Source: Octopus sinensis (Eukaryota). Taken from it: a stretch of DNA of 64,000 nucleotides. The position numbers and the translations under genes were made by a program. The DNA is taken from the NCBI RefSeq assembly GCF_006345805.1, contig NW_021836134.1, positions 335,440-399,439 on the forward strand. Direction: 5' to 3'. Shown here in pieces: positions 22,934-35,045 of this stretch (the first letter of the stretch is position 1; each line of letters begins with the position of its first letter). The notes beneath the pieces were generated by a model. That model made no database searches, was not told the DNA's origin, and saw nothing but the letters and a program-made list of their open reading frames with translations.

Positions 22934-24499
22934 TTAAGTTGATATTTTTTGGAGAATGATCTGATAAATATCAATTCCTCGCAAAAATGTATCAACATTT
23001 AGATACTCATCATGGTCATGAGGAAGCACAGGGGTGTTATTCATCGGGGAAAAGTTGAGAACTGGAATTCCAGCCTATGTATTGTTAGATTTAATAATGT
23101 ACTCCACGAAGATATCTTGCATCAGTTCCTGCCGGAAAAATCATGACCTGTGTTTCCAGTTCACTAAAGTTTTTTATCAAAAATTTAAAATTAAAATATA
23201 ATTTAACTCAATTATTGATTAAAACTCACAGTTCATCAATAGCAGAAAAAAACGATTTACAAAACGGGGAATCAAGGGACGAAGGTTGAATTTGTTCACT
23301 ATTCTGTCAAATATTACAAAAATTCAAATAAAACATAAATTTTATTGATAAAAATCCCATTTTTTTCAGCTTCAGGAAAAACCTGATCACAAATTTCAGT
23401 AAAACTTGTGGTTGAAGGTAAGCGTAAATCAAATGCTTTTAAATAGCTTAAATAAGAAAAAAACTGGCAGAAAGAGTGGCCGGGATAACGTTTGTCTGTA
23501 CGCCGCCTTCAAGAACGGTTAAATTGACAGTTGTTACATCTCCCAGTTTCATCCCGGGATTTCTAAAATTAACAGTTTCATAACAACTCTTCAAGTTTTC
23601 GTCTTTCATTATTGCGGAAAGATTGTACTGCAGCGAGACAGTTTGCCTATAATTTAAAACGTAAAATTTATTACCATCTTCTCTCCTGCAGTGTTCTCCA
23701 AAAAAAGTGACCCATGGCCTGGGTTTCCATGACACGTCAATTTGAATGCTATAAATCATTCAAGTCAAAAAAATCAAACGCATTACAGTCCTTTCGCCAT
23801 AAAAAACTGAAAACGTTGCATTTGGGGATGCAATTCCTACAACTCTTAGTGACATAATAAACACCTTCATCAAGGGCAAAACCAATGTTGAGAGATTTAA
23901 AATACTCACTCTTCACAAACGTCGCCATTCCGGTCAGTCCACCGATTTCCTCATCTGATAACAATAAAATAAATATTATAAACCTGGTACTACGCTGACG
24001 TATATAGTTCGGCGCGGAACATAACCTTCTTTGATGAGTTTTCTGATCGCTTCTAAATATCTGACGTCAGTAAATTAAAAAATACTGAATTGTGACACAT
24101 TTCATATCCTAACCACAATTATAATATATTTAAACCTGACTTCCACGTGCATAGATGTTCCCATTATTGTCCATTTCTGCACCAAATGGATCAAATGTCC
24201 ACTTCTCCTTAAAATATTTGAATTTACACATAAATACTCTGTACACTGGAACAACGTCCATGTGAGAATTCAGTAAAATTGATTCCGCTTCAGGGTCGTT
24301 CCCTTGCCACTTTATTACAAGAATCAGCTTTGTTGGATAAAATTCCAAAACGGTAGGCTGAAGCCCTATTCCAAGGGCTAAATCAGAGAGAAATTTAACC
24401 GCAGGACCTAAAAATGCTTTTATTTAATAGAATGTCACCATAATCAGGATCTGGTTGGACTGTTGGAAATCGCAGATATTCACGGAATGCGTCGACCAT
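22934..24499 (-). CDS. ACY1: Aminoacylase-1 (peptidase M20A), ~13 introns
   Basis: Spliced reading: [88 protein letters not shown]; GT-AG introns of 25-31 nt plus one of 66 nt. Confidence 0.93.
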
Positions 24500-25662
24500 T
24501 TGATTAATAATTTATAACAAATTATGAACTTATATTATGATTAAAACAATTTAATATAAGTTAATTTATTTGTCAAAAAGTTAAAATAACAAACAAAACT
24601 CAAACAGATTTTAAGCTAATAAAGTAAAAAAGGTTTTAAGCTGACTCATCATTATAATCAATTGGAATTTTTGGGATTAGTTTATTAATTTTGTTTTTCA
24701 TTAAAGTCCTTTGCTTTGTCATTTAACTCTAGTCTCACTATCTTGTAGGAGCTTGGTGTTAATTAAGGTTCATGTAGCTTTTAACACAAAATAAAGCGTT
24801 CGGCTCCCACATGGAAACTATCTTTATGCAAAAGCAATTGAACAAGCTAGTAAAAGAACAAGAGACTAAATAAAATGAAATTTATTGTAATCAGGCGTCA
24901 AGTCTGTTGTCCCGATTATCAAAAGCAACTTTAAGTGCTCATCCGACAAGTTTGCTCGATATTTGGATTTTACATATTTCATTCATGAAAATGTTTGTTC
25001 ACAAAGGTATGTTGTACCAGAAGTAGATATAAATCCGCATGCGTATCGTTTCAAAATTGGAAACTGATTAGAATTTAAAATTTATAAAATTGAATAATAT
25101 TCTGTTTTTCATATTTATCTTTCAGAATATTATCTGATTGGAGTTCAATTATTTCAAGTTGAAGATAACTTGAATAGTTTCGGCTTCGCATTAAAAAAAC
25201 CTTATTTCATCGCTTCTCTTGTCAAGATCAGAAAATCGTTCAAGAAATTGTTTCTTCAAATCCTTAATTATTTTGGTACCAAATTCGACAGGAAATTCAC
25301 AAACGTTTTCTTTACAGAAATTTTCGCAAAATGCAAAATGGACATAGTTTTTATTTTTGAGTTGTTTTCCAAAAAGCACTAGTTTTTACCTAAATGCCTT
25401 GACATCTGTGAATAAATCACAAATAAGAGCATATTCACCTTCAAAACTAAAATATAATAAATTAACCTTGGAAATTGAGATTTAATTCATTCATATGGCC
25501 TGTAATGTCCACGAAAAAAGCCAATCTACAAAGCCATTCTGTGTCTGACAAAAGTGGTTCTTTTCGGTTTTTCTTTATGAGAAACAAATCTATTTCCTTT
25601 CTTATTGCCAAAAAAAGATATTTACAACAGCCGGGCCGGATTAAATCACATGGCGGGCCGGG

Positions 25663-25677
25663 GTTTGGAGACCCCTG
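25663..25677. mobile_element. Solo hAT (Charlie/Buster) terminal inverted repeat
   Basis: Reverse complement CAGGGGTCTCCAAAC, followed by TTCTAGAT target-like 8-mer; partner end not found. Confidence 0.5.
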
Positions 25678-25989
25678 TTCTAGATGAATTCTCGACTGCT
25701 TATAACCAGGCTCGTAATATTCTCAAATCTCCCAACAAAAGAAAATTATGTGCTACCTGTGCTGATTTGGAAAAAATTCTGTTGAAATCTCGTTGGGAAA
25801 TAGAGGAAAAAAAGATCAGCATTAATACCTGACTTTATCTCCATGAGGGCCACCCAGAGAAAATCATAAAAAATACTCCAAGAATCAATTGGAGGATCTC
25901 CATCTTAAATCGAAAACGACGACTAAAAAAACGTTTAAAAATTTACTGGAACTGGTGGCGCTCTTTATGGAGGACAGCCACCAAAACTT

Positions 25990-27130
25990 GACGAGATGAG
26001 CGTTTTTACGCTTATCAACCCCCGGTCAATTCGGAAACGGGCTACAGAGCTAAGCTACTTGGTTAGATCGGTAAACATATTGGTTGTTAATAAACAAAGC
26101 TTAAGGGAAAGCAGCATCACAAAATCCATGGTTTTCAGTCGATTGATATCCCATGGCGACCTGACATTATAAAGACAATCTAATGGTGAGGGACTTGAAA
26201 ATCGTTGAAGAAATTTTTGCGAACTAATTGCATTGAAACTACTAACATTCCTTGGATGGATATCTGTAGGAGCTATGTACTCCAAAGCAATAAAGAATTA
26301 ACCAAATCTTATTGAAGAATTTTTCCAAAACAATGATGGAGGAATTCTAATAGCAGACCTTAACGCAAAACACACATCGTACTGGTGTGCTAATACAAAT
26401 TCGGACGGTCATATACTCCTCAGATTATCGAAGAACTGCGGCTTTAGTGTTTTGACCTTACAAGAACCAAACCATTTCTCTTGTTATGGGGAGGATTGTA
26501 TTGAAGTTTTTCTTGTATCGGCTGATCTTGTTCATCAATGCAGCATACCAAGAATTTAGATAAACATTGGTAGTGATCACCTACCTCAATCTTTATGTAT
26601 GCAAACATCATCTACGATATGCGAAGATCTTTTCATCGGATATGATACGTCTCGGACAATCTGGTCTGACTTCGAGATATCAATGAAAATGCATTTGATA
26701 CCGTATCCAATAGAAAACATCTCCTCAAATAAAAAATTGAAAAACTCGATAAAATTCTCAGAGAAGCTAAACTGGATTTTCTCCAAAAATCTTCGGTCAG
26801 AAAATACATCATGTCAAATAGTAACAGAAAAACCCGGATTGACGAATCTTTGGGAAAACTTATAAAATGGAAGGGAAACCTTGAAAAGAAGCTAAGACGA
26901 TGCAGTGACACCATATATTGCATTCGTCTTCGGGATAAGATTCGTACCGTGAAAACAGAGATAAATGATGTCGCAAAAATCATTCAGACCTTGCTATGAA
27001 GAGACAATGCTAAAAACTGAATAAGAAAAACCCTCATTTTTGGAAGGTTTTCAACAGACTAAATAATATGGAAAACAAAGGAGAAGAGATCCGACTAAAA
27101 ACAACTGAAGGAATAACTATCCCGCTAGGA
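25990..27130 (+). mobile_element. Degenerate relative of the ORF-intact LINE (APE and linker)
   Basis: LINPRSIRKRATEL, HGFQSIDIPW, IADLNAKH, IGSDHLPQ, EDLFIGYD align with ORF2; stops and frameshifts. Confidence 0.8.
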
Positions 27131-27389
27131 TCCTAAAAACTAGGATCCTAGAAAATGAGAAATTTCTGAAGTTTGTATGAATTTTGTCAGTAATGTGTCA
27201 TTTATACTTGTTAGCAACTTGATAATTCCAATTTAGCTAAATTGTTAACTAGACTTTTGAAACTTAGTTGTAACCTATCGAAATACATATATAGCTTTTA
27301 TCAAATAGATAATATAAAAATAAACATTTAGAATGCATTCGCTTTTATTGAAGATTGAAATTAAGCCTCTTCCAAAACCATTTCTGTTA

Positions 27390-28124
27390 AAATAGTATCG
27401 TTATTTATTTTCAGGATTCAGATCTATTCGTAAATTGATTAGAATACGGCGAATTGCCAGATCAGTAGCTGCGAGCAATTGGTCACATTACTTCGTTTTT
27501 CTTGACGTTGATATCTCTATCCTCCAAGAATCCCTGGTAAAGTTGCCCAACGCAGTCATACAGACATTTTGTATCTTTCACATAGTGCAAGTTGGTCTGA
27601 GATTTTTCCGAGTCCCCCTTGAAGCAAAAAACATCGAAATATTCATCGAAATCTTCCATCATTTTTAGAACAATATTCTCATTCTCACCAATTATTTTCA
27701 CGTTTTCAATAAACAACAAATAGTTTGTCAAATATAAGACCGCAACCAGATCACTTTGGTTAGACACACCTTCCGGAATTTCATATTTAAAATCATACTT
27801 AACGGACCCATATAGTGAATCTTCTTGCCGGATTTCTCTTCCTAGTTTTACAGTTTCAATCCTTTTATTGTTGAGTTTCAAAATAATATTTTATTTGTTG
27901 ATTAAGGTTTTCACAAAATTTGCGTTCGGAATTCCGGACTGAAAAAGCACGTGATATATAAATTCTTATCGAAAAAGTCAAATGTCTTTCTGACATCAAT
28001 CCAAGTTCCAGGTTATTTTTATACTCTCTATTGACACATTAGATAATTGTCAAAAACGATAAACACGCCACAACACCACAACAATTTTAAATTATATGAA
28101 GATAATGTATCTACTATTAATAAT
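27390..28124 (-). CDS. Hypothetical protein, probably spliced
   Basis: 132-aa open stretch (27483-27881) with protein-like composition; no family recognised; ends uncertain. Confidence 0.35.
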
Positions 28125-28569
28125 TCCTGTAGCATGTTGAGATAACTCTATTCTTGGTTATAAAAATCGAAATAACCTTTATTAAATTGAGCTTTACTAT
28201 TAATTTTATTCATATTTTCTTTAAATGCCCTTGAAGAATTCAAAATAAATATTCGCAAAATTGCATATTTCGGTAGACGGAATACTTAGAATGCAGTAAA
28301 TGTCAGTTATTGTTTTATTATTTAGAGAATCAATCTCCTAAAACATACAAACAAATATTTTTATAAAATTTAAAAAAACTGAAAAAGCTCAGTTCTAATT
28401 TCTCAAAAGTTCTCCGGTTTAAATATAACTTGTCAGATTATTTGGTATGTAAATCAGGGTTATACTCGTTTTAACAATTCTGAGAATGAAATCCACAACT
28501 ATTACTTCCGCCATTAAATCTAAATAAAATAAAGTCATAAACAATAAAAATGTTTAAGAATAAGACCAT

Positions 28570-29067
28570 TTATTTATAAAACCAATTAAATTTTTTAATA
28601 ATGTCATAACAAAATATCGCGACAAAAAAATCATAGTCAACGTAGTGCCTATGAAAAGTTTTTCTTCGATCCAATTCCTTAAATGAGTTCAGGATCCTCG
28701 ATTTTATAACCAAATTAGGTCGATTCGAAGATTTCAGAAATATAGATTTCTTCCCATTTTCCACTGCAAGGAAAGTAATAAGGAGAAGAAATAATGCCAC
28801 TGTATTCTTCTGCTGCAGAGAAGATGCAAGTACTGTAGACTTTGGCAGGGCATTGAGACTTAATTGTTGAATTAAGTAGTCGTTTTTTAATGATAATTCA
28901 CGATTAGATTCTTCCAGTCTTGCATTTTCTTCTTTTAGCGTTTGAATACGGAATTTGACGGTGTCAATATATTGTTCAAGAGTCAATTTAGCATTCATTC
29001 TATTTCTAATTTTTCGAATTTTCGAATTTTTAAGTGACAAATTTCGTTTACTTCTTAGGTTCAACAT
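28570..29067 (-). CDS. bZIP-like factor with C-terminal hydrophobic segment (CREB3/ATF6-like)
   Basis: KIRKIRNR basic region, Leu heptads (LKEENARLEESNRELSLKNDYL), then TVALFLLLITFLAV. Confidence 0.5.
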   Translation of the reverse strand: MLNLRSKRNLSLKNSKIRKIRNRMNAKLTLEQYIDTVKFRIQTLKEENARLEESNRELSLKNDYLIQQLSLNALPKSTVLASSLQQKNTVALFLLLITFLAVENGKKSIFLKSSNRPNLVIKSRILNSFKELDRRKTFHRHYVDYDFFVAIFCYDIIKKFNWFYK

Positions 29068-29435
29068 GGTAACGCACAGTAACACATCATATTGTACGTA
29101 GACATTTTATTATATTAGGTTGACCGTTGATTAATATAAAAATAATATAATTATAGTATAATTAAATTATAGTAAAATTACTAAATTTAATTCTGAACTG
29201 TTATTATTTCTACACTATAGAATATTGAAATAGAATATTTTAAATCTTTTTTCTGAAATTTAAATTCTATTAGTTAAAAATAATGTTAACTAAATTGTCA
29301 TAAATTAAATAATACTAATTCATATAAAATTACAAATTTAAAATTCCTGTTGGTGTGTGGATGGATAAGTTTGATCATCCAAATGTTAAATAATCACAAA
29401 TTATATTTAATTTATAGTATACAGATAGACTGAAT

Positions 29436-32001
29436 TTGATGAAAGATTTTTTGGCTAACATTGACAGCTCGACAAACGCATATGTAGCTACATTAGAGTC
29501 ATTTTCCTCTCAACTAAAGAGCATTGAAGATTCATTCTCGTGCATATTTGACAAATCTCCCTTTCTCACTGAACTGTCATGGTATATCTTTCTCTCACTA
29601 CATCTCAGCTACGTGGAGGCCCTTAAACAGACCGATTCAATAATCCTTCACTATCAGGTCATCAAAAATATAAACAAGATCGGAGTCGACAAAATAAGGC
29701 ATATTTAATAACAAAATGTCATCCAGCAACGATCTCTCTGAAATGATCAGTGTTTTGGATGCTGTGAATAAGGCGAAGGACTTTTTCCATTCCAATCGTC
29801 CGGAATCCATCGAGACTAAAACCGCTGTATTTTATTTCTCACCAAAAAAGGCAATTTTATTCGATTCGCTTGTTTCTAAGCTGGAAAATGACATTATCTG
29901 TTTTATTAAGGATAATTTCACTCCCGATCAGTCCATTTTTATGTCCAGAACTGCTGATTCTGTCACAAACACTCCCCAGTCATTTTCCCGCTCTCGGAAC
30001 TACCACGGAATTGGTCCACCAAACGACGCGGGAATCAATTTTAAGGGTATTTCCCGACTTGGATTTTCAGTGCGAAATAATTTGGCTGGATATTATTCAC
30101 GGTCAGCCGACAAAATAAATAAATTGGCAAATTCTTATAACTGGATTAAAGTCAATTTGAAGAGTAAATTGGACTATTTTATGGATTTATTTGTGACGGC
30201 GAGATTTGAGTGTTTACGGACGACTAGTCGACCAGAAACAACCCACCAGACTCCTGCTTCAGTTGTACTTTTTATTTATTCCAATAGTGTAGTCCCAGTT
30301 ATCGTAATTTCTCACATTTGAAGTATTTGTTGTGACTTTATGTGATAGGAATATTTCAAAATTTTCCCCTTTGAACGCCTCCCAGGCTGCCATTCGTAAA
30401 AACGTGGGGGACTTGGATGGTTTTAGTGTCGATTTGCTGGTTCAGTCTTTGTATAATTTGACCATTCTGGCCGAGACTGAGCTCGATCTTATTAAAGCCA
30501 CTTTTTCCCAGTTTGGCAAGTCGCTTGTGAATCAAATATTCAAAATGATAATTATTCCTCGACTTGAACCACTCGAAAGTGACTCCAAGGTGGAGAACTA
30601 AACATAAAATATAGAATTGGACAATTTGATAATAACATTGGCACATGTGAGGGGATTTCAACCGCCTTATCCTCCCTTTTGGGTGGTCTGAGGAATATAA
30701 ACGAAATTGAGTCAGGCTTCAAGACTTGTGTTCAAAAGAATCAGAATCTTAAAGCATTGGAGGCATTTTCGTCCAAAATAACTTTCCTATACATCGATCT
30801 GCAGAACATGGCAGGAAAAATCATGGAACGACAACTGGAGTTGATAAGGGTTTATTCTGTCATATAAATTGCCAGATTGACCCAATAAACAACTCCTCAA
30901 TGCCCCCAGACGGGAATGTGCATGAGTTGGCTGCCAAGGTATTGGTATAATAAGTCCATTCAGACAATTGCCGTTTCTAAAAATAATATTTGAGAATAAC
31001 AGAGCGTGGGGGAGTGTCTGAAAATATATTACCTCAGGCGGAGTGAAGTCTCCTTTTCAGAGAAATGTGTTTTCCTGACTCATTTGATAGGTTCGGACGT
31101 GTCCTTGTCTGCTGCTACTCTTAATGTTGTCGATTTATTGGTAGGTGGGTTGGTTGAATGGCAGTGAGGGATTTCTCCCACCTTTGGAGGCCAATCTCCT
31201 GCAGAAAGCGACCCTTTATGGCGATTCGGGGATAAGAAATGTGTTTCTAATGAACAATTTTCATATATTCTGAGGAATCTGTCCTTTCTGGTATTTTCCC
31301 CGACGAGTGATAGGCATGTCTTGTTTGGCGATTTTGTAGGATAAGATCACAATTCGACTACTGGAGGACTCCGAGAGTAGAATAAGCAAGAAGATTGCCA
31401 GTTTGAGGGGAAATATTACAAATGTACATTGTTTATTATACATGAAAGATGAGAACATTTGTTTCAAGCCATTTGAGATTGATGTATACAAATCTGGATC
31501 AGAAGTTGTTCTTTTAAATTGTATTATTTTATAGTTGGGGACGGAACGGAAGGGCCATTCATAAGATTGCCAAGTTTGAGGGGGAATATTTACAAATGTA
31601 CATTGTTTATTATACATGAAAGATGGGAACATTTGTTCAAGCCATTTGAGATTGATGTATACAAACCTGGATCAGAAGTTGTCTTTTAAATTATATTATT
31701 TATAGTGAGGGAGCGGGAACGGAAGGCCATTAAAGACATGTTTAATGTGACTGAGTGCATGTTATTGTGGTAGGTGTTAATAAGGATTTGGAGGATATTG
31801 CCAGATCTCATGGAAATATGTATTTGGCCGACGTCAACAGCGGAAGGATATTGTGCCAAGTGTTTGTGTACTCGTTGTAAAGAAGTATCAGCAGGAAGTT
31901 ATGAGTTATGCCAGATTCTCCTTTCTTCGACGCCGACTAAGTATTTTAAGTACGATCAACAGTCCCTGACTTGTCTTATACGTAAAGTTTATGGAATTTG
32001 A
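29436..32001 (+). CDS. EXOC7: Exocyst component Exo70, many micro-introns, apparent 1-bp indels
   Basis: LESFSSQLKSIED, MPPDGNVHELA, LEANLLQKATLYGD, FLMNNFSYIL, RERERKAIKDMFN, TPTKYFKYD match Exo70 motifs in order. Confidence 0.82.
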
Positions 32002-32029
32002 TTATTTATTAATAAAACTTTTTAATGTA

Positions 32030-32900
32030 CAGTGGTCGTCAAAAAAATTGCTCACCAATGTTTATGTCTTATATAGCATTATTCTGATTTATTTTTTGTA
32101 ACATCTTTAAGTAGTATTTTATTATTATACCTTAATTTTTATAATAAAATTTTTCTTTTTTATTTATAAACTTAAACAAAAACAAAAAAATTGCAAGACA
32201 AAAAACATTAGCACAAATTTGGAAAATCTCATTATCAGTAATTAATATGTCCTCCCCTTGCTAAATATAAAGAATAACTCCTTTTTCTCATTGAATTTAC
32301 TAAGTTTTGTAAAAACTTTTAGGAATTGACTGCCAACCAAATTTCATAATAGTTGTCTTAAGATCCGGTGATTTGATGCGATGGCCAATCAAGAATAATA
32401 TATTTTTTGGTTTCGAAATATGCCTTAACCAACGAGATGTATGGCATGAGCATTATCCTGTTGAAAAATAACACGAGGATAAGCCCATTTTTTCAGCTGA
32501 TTGGTCCAGATTATTAGACAGTAAATTTATAAATATCCAGAGTTCATAGTTTCTTCGATAAACCAAATTGCATTACACCACTATACGATATATCCGCCCC
32601 CAAATCATAACTCTCCCTACTCCGAATTAACAGTCGGCAACAAATGTGCATTTTTTAACTCCGTTTTATTTTTTGTAAACAAGCTATGTTTTCTGTTGTT
32701 AAAACATCGAACATTGACTCATCTGAGAATATCACCGATTTCCATGTACTATCAGATATCGATAAAAAAATCGTAGTGACGCAGACCATCTCGAAATAAT
32801 ATTTTTTGAGAAGCAATGGGTTTCTTTTGCTACACGACAATATACCCATTTTTATTCAAAAGTTCTCAGGAATTGTCCTAGGGAAACATCAATATATGAA
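32030..32900 (-). mobile_element. Tc1-family transposon remnant
   Basis: TA|CAGTGGTCGTCAAAAAAATTGCTCACC end; WKSVIFSDES, FQQDNAH, LDWP..SPDL; other end only partly similar near 33200. Confidence 0.75.
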
Positions 32901-33539
32901 AGTTTCTTTAGTTTGGGAACAAATCCACTGCCAACAATGTAGGATGTGAATCGGTTTCATTACATAAAAAATTGTATTTGGGGGACTTAGTTTCGGAAGA
33001 CGTCTGAGCCGGTCTCCGATGCAGTGTTCCAAATTCTCGAAATTTTCGAATATTTAATGAAATGTTGGAATACGGCAAATTAAGTATTTTTGAGATCTCT
33101 GATATTGATTTTTACCCTCTTTAAAGTACGCAATAATCATCCTTTTTTAAATTCAGTTAACTGTTTCTTGGGAGAACGTTGGGATATTATAACAAGAAAG
33201 TGAGCAAGTTTTTTTTGTCACGTGATTTAAATTTTTATGCTTTAAATTCCTTATATTAATAAAATCGCATAATAAATTAATAAACTTAAGAATAGAATAA
33301 AAAATGAGCGTGATTGACGTACTGGCAAAATCTGCTGATTGAGAGGTTTTACTGCACATTGATCTAATTTTGACTAATTATATGCTGGATAAATATCTTA
33401 TCAGAAGTTAAACATAAACTTCAAATTGGTTTAAAATCAATAGATGGAGGATAGAGTTTGAGTATATCGGAATTCGTATGGCATAAATTTTCGATTACGA
33501 AGAAAACCAGTTTCTGGGCCCTTGAATATTACTGGTTTC

Positions 33540-33720
33540 ATTCAGAAAGTTCTGATTCAATCTATTGGGGCATAATTGTTATGAGTTCTTGTTGATGGAT
33601 TCAATAAAAATATTCGAAATGACAACTAATCACCTTGGAGTATACCACGTTCAATATTAACAGTTTCAAGCCTTTTTTCCAACCTTACGACACTCGCCAG
33701 TTCGGAAATCATAAATTTGA
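33540..33720 (-). mobile_element. RT fragment (R4/RLE-type)
   Basis: LETVNIERGILQGD*LS motif. Confidence 0.45.
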
Positions 33721-34289
33721 GATTTCAAATTTCAAAAATACAATCTGCTGGCAAACAAACTGTCGATCCTCTATGAAGCAAAAGTAAAGATTATTCCAAT
33801 TATTTTGACACGGGAGTTGTCTCAAATTTTTGTGAAAGTCATACGAATAAGTTATCCATTGAAGAAAGAACGAGGACATACATCCAGTAAATTGTGATGA
33901 AGAAATGTAAAATGAAAAAAGTTCGTGCCAAACTGACAATCTCGTAGAAGAGAAATTACTGCCAATCTGGATTCTTATTAGATACTTTAAAATAGAACTG
34001 TCATTTTATATTCATCAAAGTTTACTTGATCATTCTAAAAGCAGAAAGAGTAGTAATTCAAATAATAAAATAAAACGTACCAAGTCAATCCTTATTTTGT
34101 TAAATAATCCCTAGTCTGTAGCTAATCAACAAATTTAAAATCAAAAAAAAATTTTCAAAACCTTTCCTATTCAAAATTCGTAGAATACCCAGAAAGTTCT
34201 GAATATAAATATTTCAACTATTTTTCATATAAACAAAACTTTTCCTCTACAAACTAAGCCGTTTTACAATTTGTGATTAAATTATCTCA

Positions 34290-35045
34290 TAAAGTCAAAA
34301 ATAGTGTAAAATTATTTAATGATTCAAACTCCTCGACTCCCTTTCTTTCATAGCACTTACACTTAAGAATGCTTTCAGTTCCTAAACTACCGGATTTCCA
34401 CCTCACCTGAGAACAGGTTTTTAATTCACTCAATAACTGACACTCTTCAACAACAACACCGGCCAAAAGACTCTGAATTGTCTCGATCTTTTCCAACATA
34501 TCAGCCTGTGGATGCATCCCAGATTCCTCCCATTCTTCAACTTGGGCCATCAGTTCAACCATTCGTTCAAACTTTGATAAGAAAAAAATAAAAACCCTCG
34601 ACTTTTTAGTTTTTGAAGTCAATCCAGCCTTCATTGATGAAATGACTGAATTGGGAAACATTTCAGTATTCCCCCACGTGGTTAGCAATTCTTGGAGGGT
34701 TTGAGACACCTCCTCACTACGATTATAAAAATAAAGTCACTCATTTGAAATAAAAACATTGCAAAGACTTTTTTGGAATGTTTCGGAAAAATCTCGGCCT
34801 CGTTTCTTGCCATTTTGCAGTAAACGGTCACACAGATGTAAGAGATTGATTTTTTTATTTGGATTGGCTAAAAGTTGAGATGGTGGAATTAAACCTTTGT
34901 TGTATTGCTCGTTCCATATTTGTGCGATTTCCTGTTTATTTTTGTGATTTAAAACCACCCATTGGCTTATTTTTAGGATGCTATCTTCTGATTCAGTCAA
35001 CGTTTCGAGTAAATTTTCAAATGCACCACGTGAATAATCAAACAT
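34290..35045 (-). CDS. CID-domain protein, RPRD1/Rtt103-like; 3' end uncertain
   Basis: FENLLETLTESEDSILKISQW, NKKINLLHLCDRLLQNGKKRGRDF, LQELLTTW; short GT-AG introns. Confidence 0.78.

Larger units (their letters stand above)
13413..23348. repeat. Segmental tandem duplication, unit B (partner 1-10135)
   Basis: Colinear with 1-10135; continues into the intact ACY1. Confidence 0.93.

Noticed and set aside
24744-24811. Hairpin resembling a pre-miRNA or snoRNA
   Set aside because: Asymmetric, AT-rich, no box motifs, and overlaps a possible 29-nt intron.
31175-31196. Near-identical ~18-mer shared with 45080-45099 (TCCCACCTTTGGA(A)GGCC)
   Set aside because: Short, coding at one site, no flanking similarity; treated as chance.
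31090-31260. GC-richer insertion inside EXOC7
   Set aside because: It is Exo70 coding sequence (LEANLLQKATLYGD...FLMNNFSYIL).
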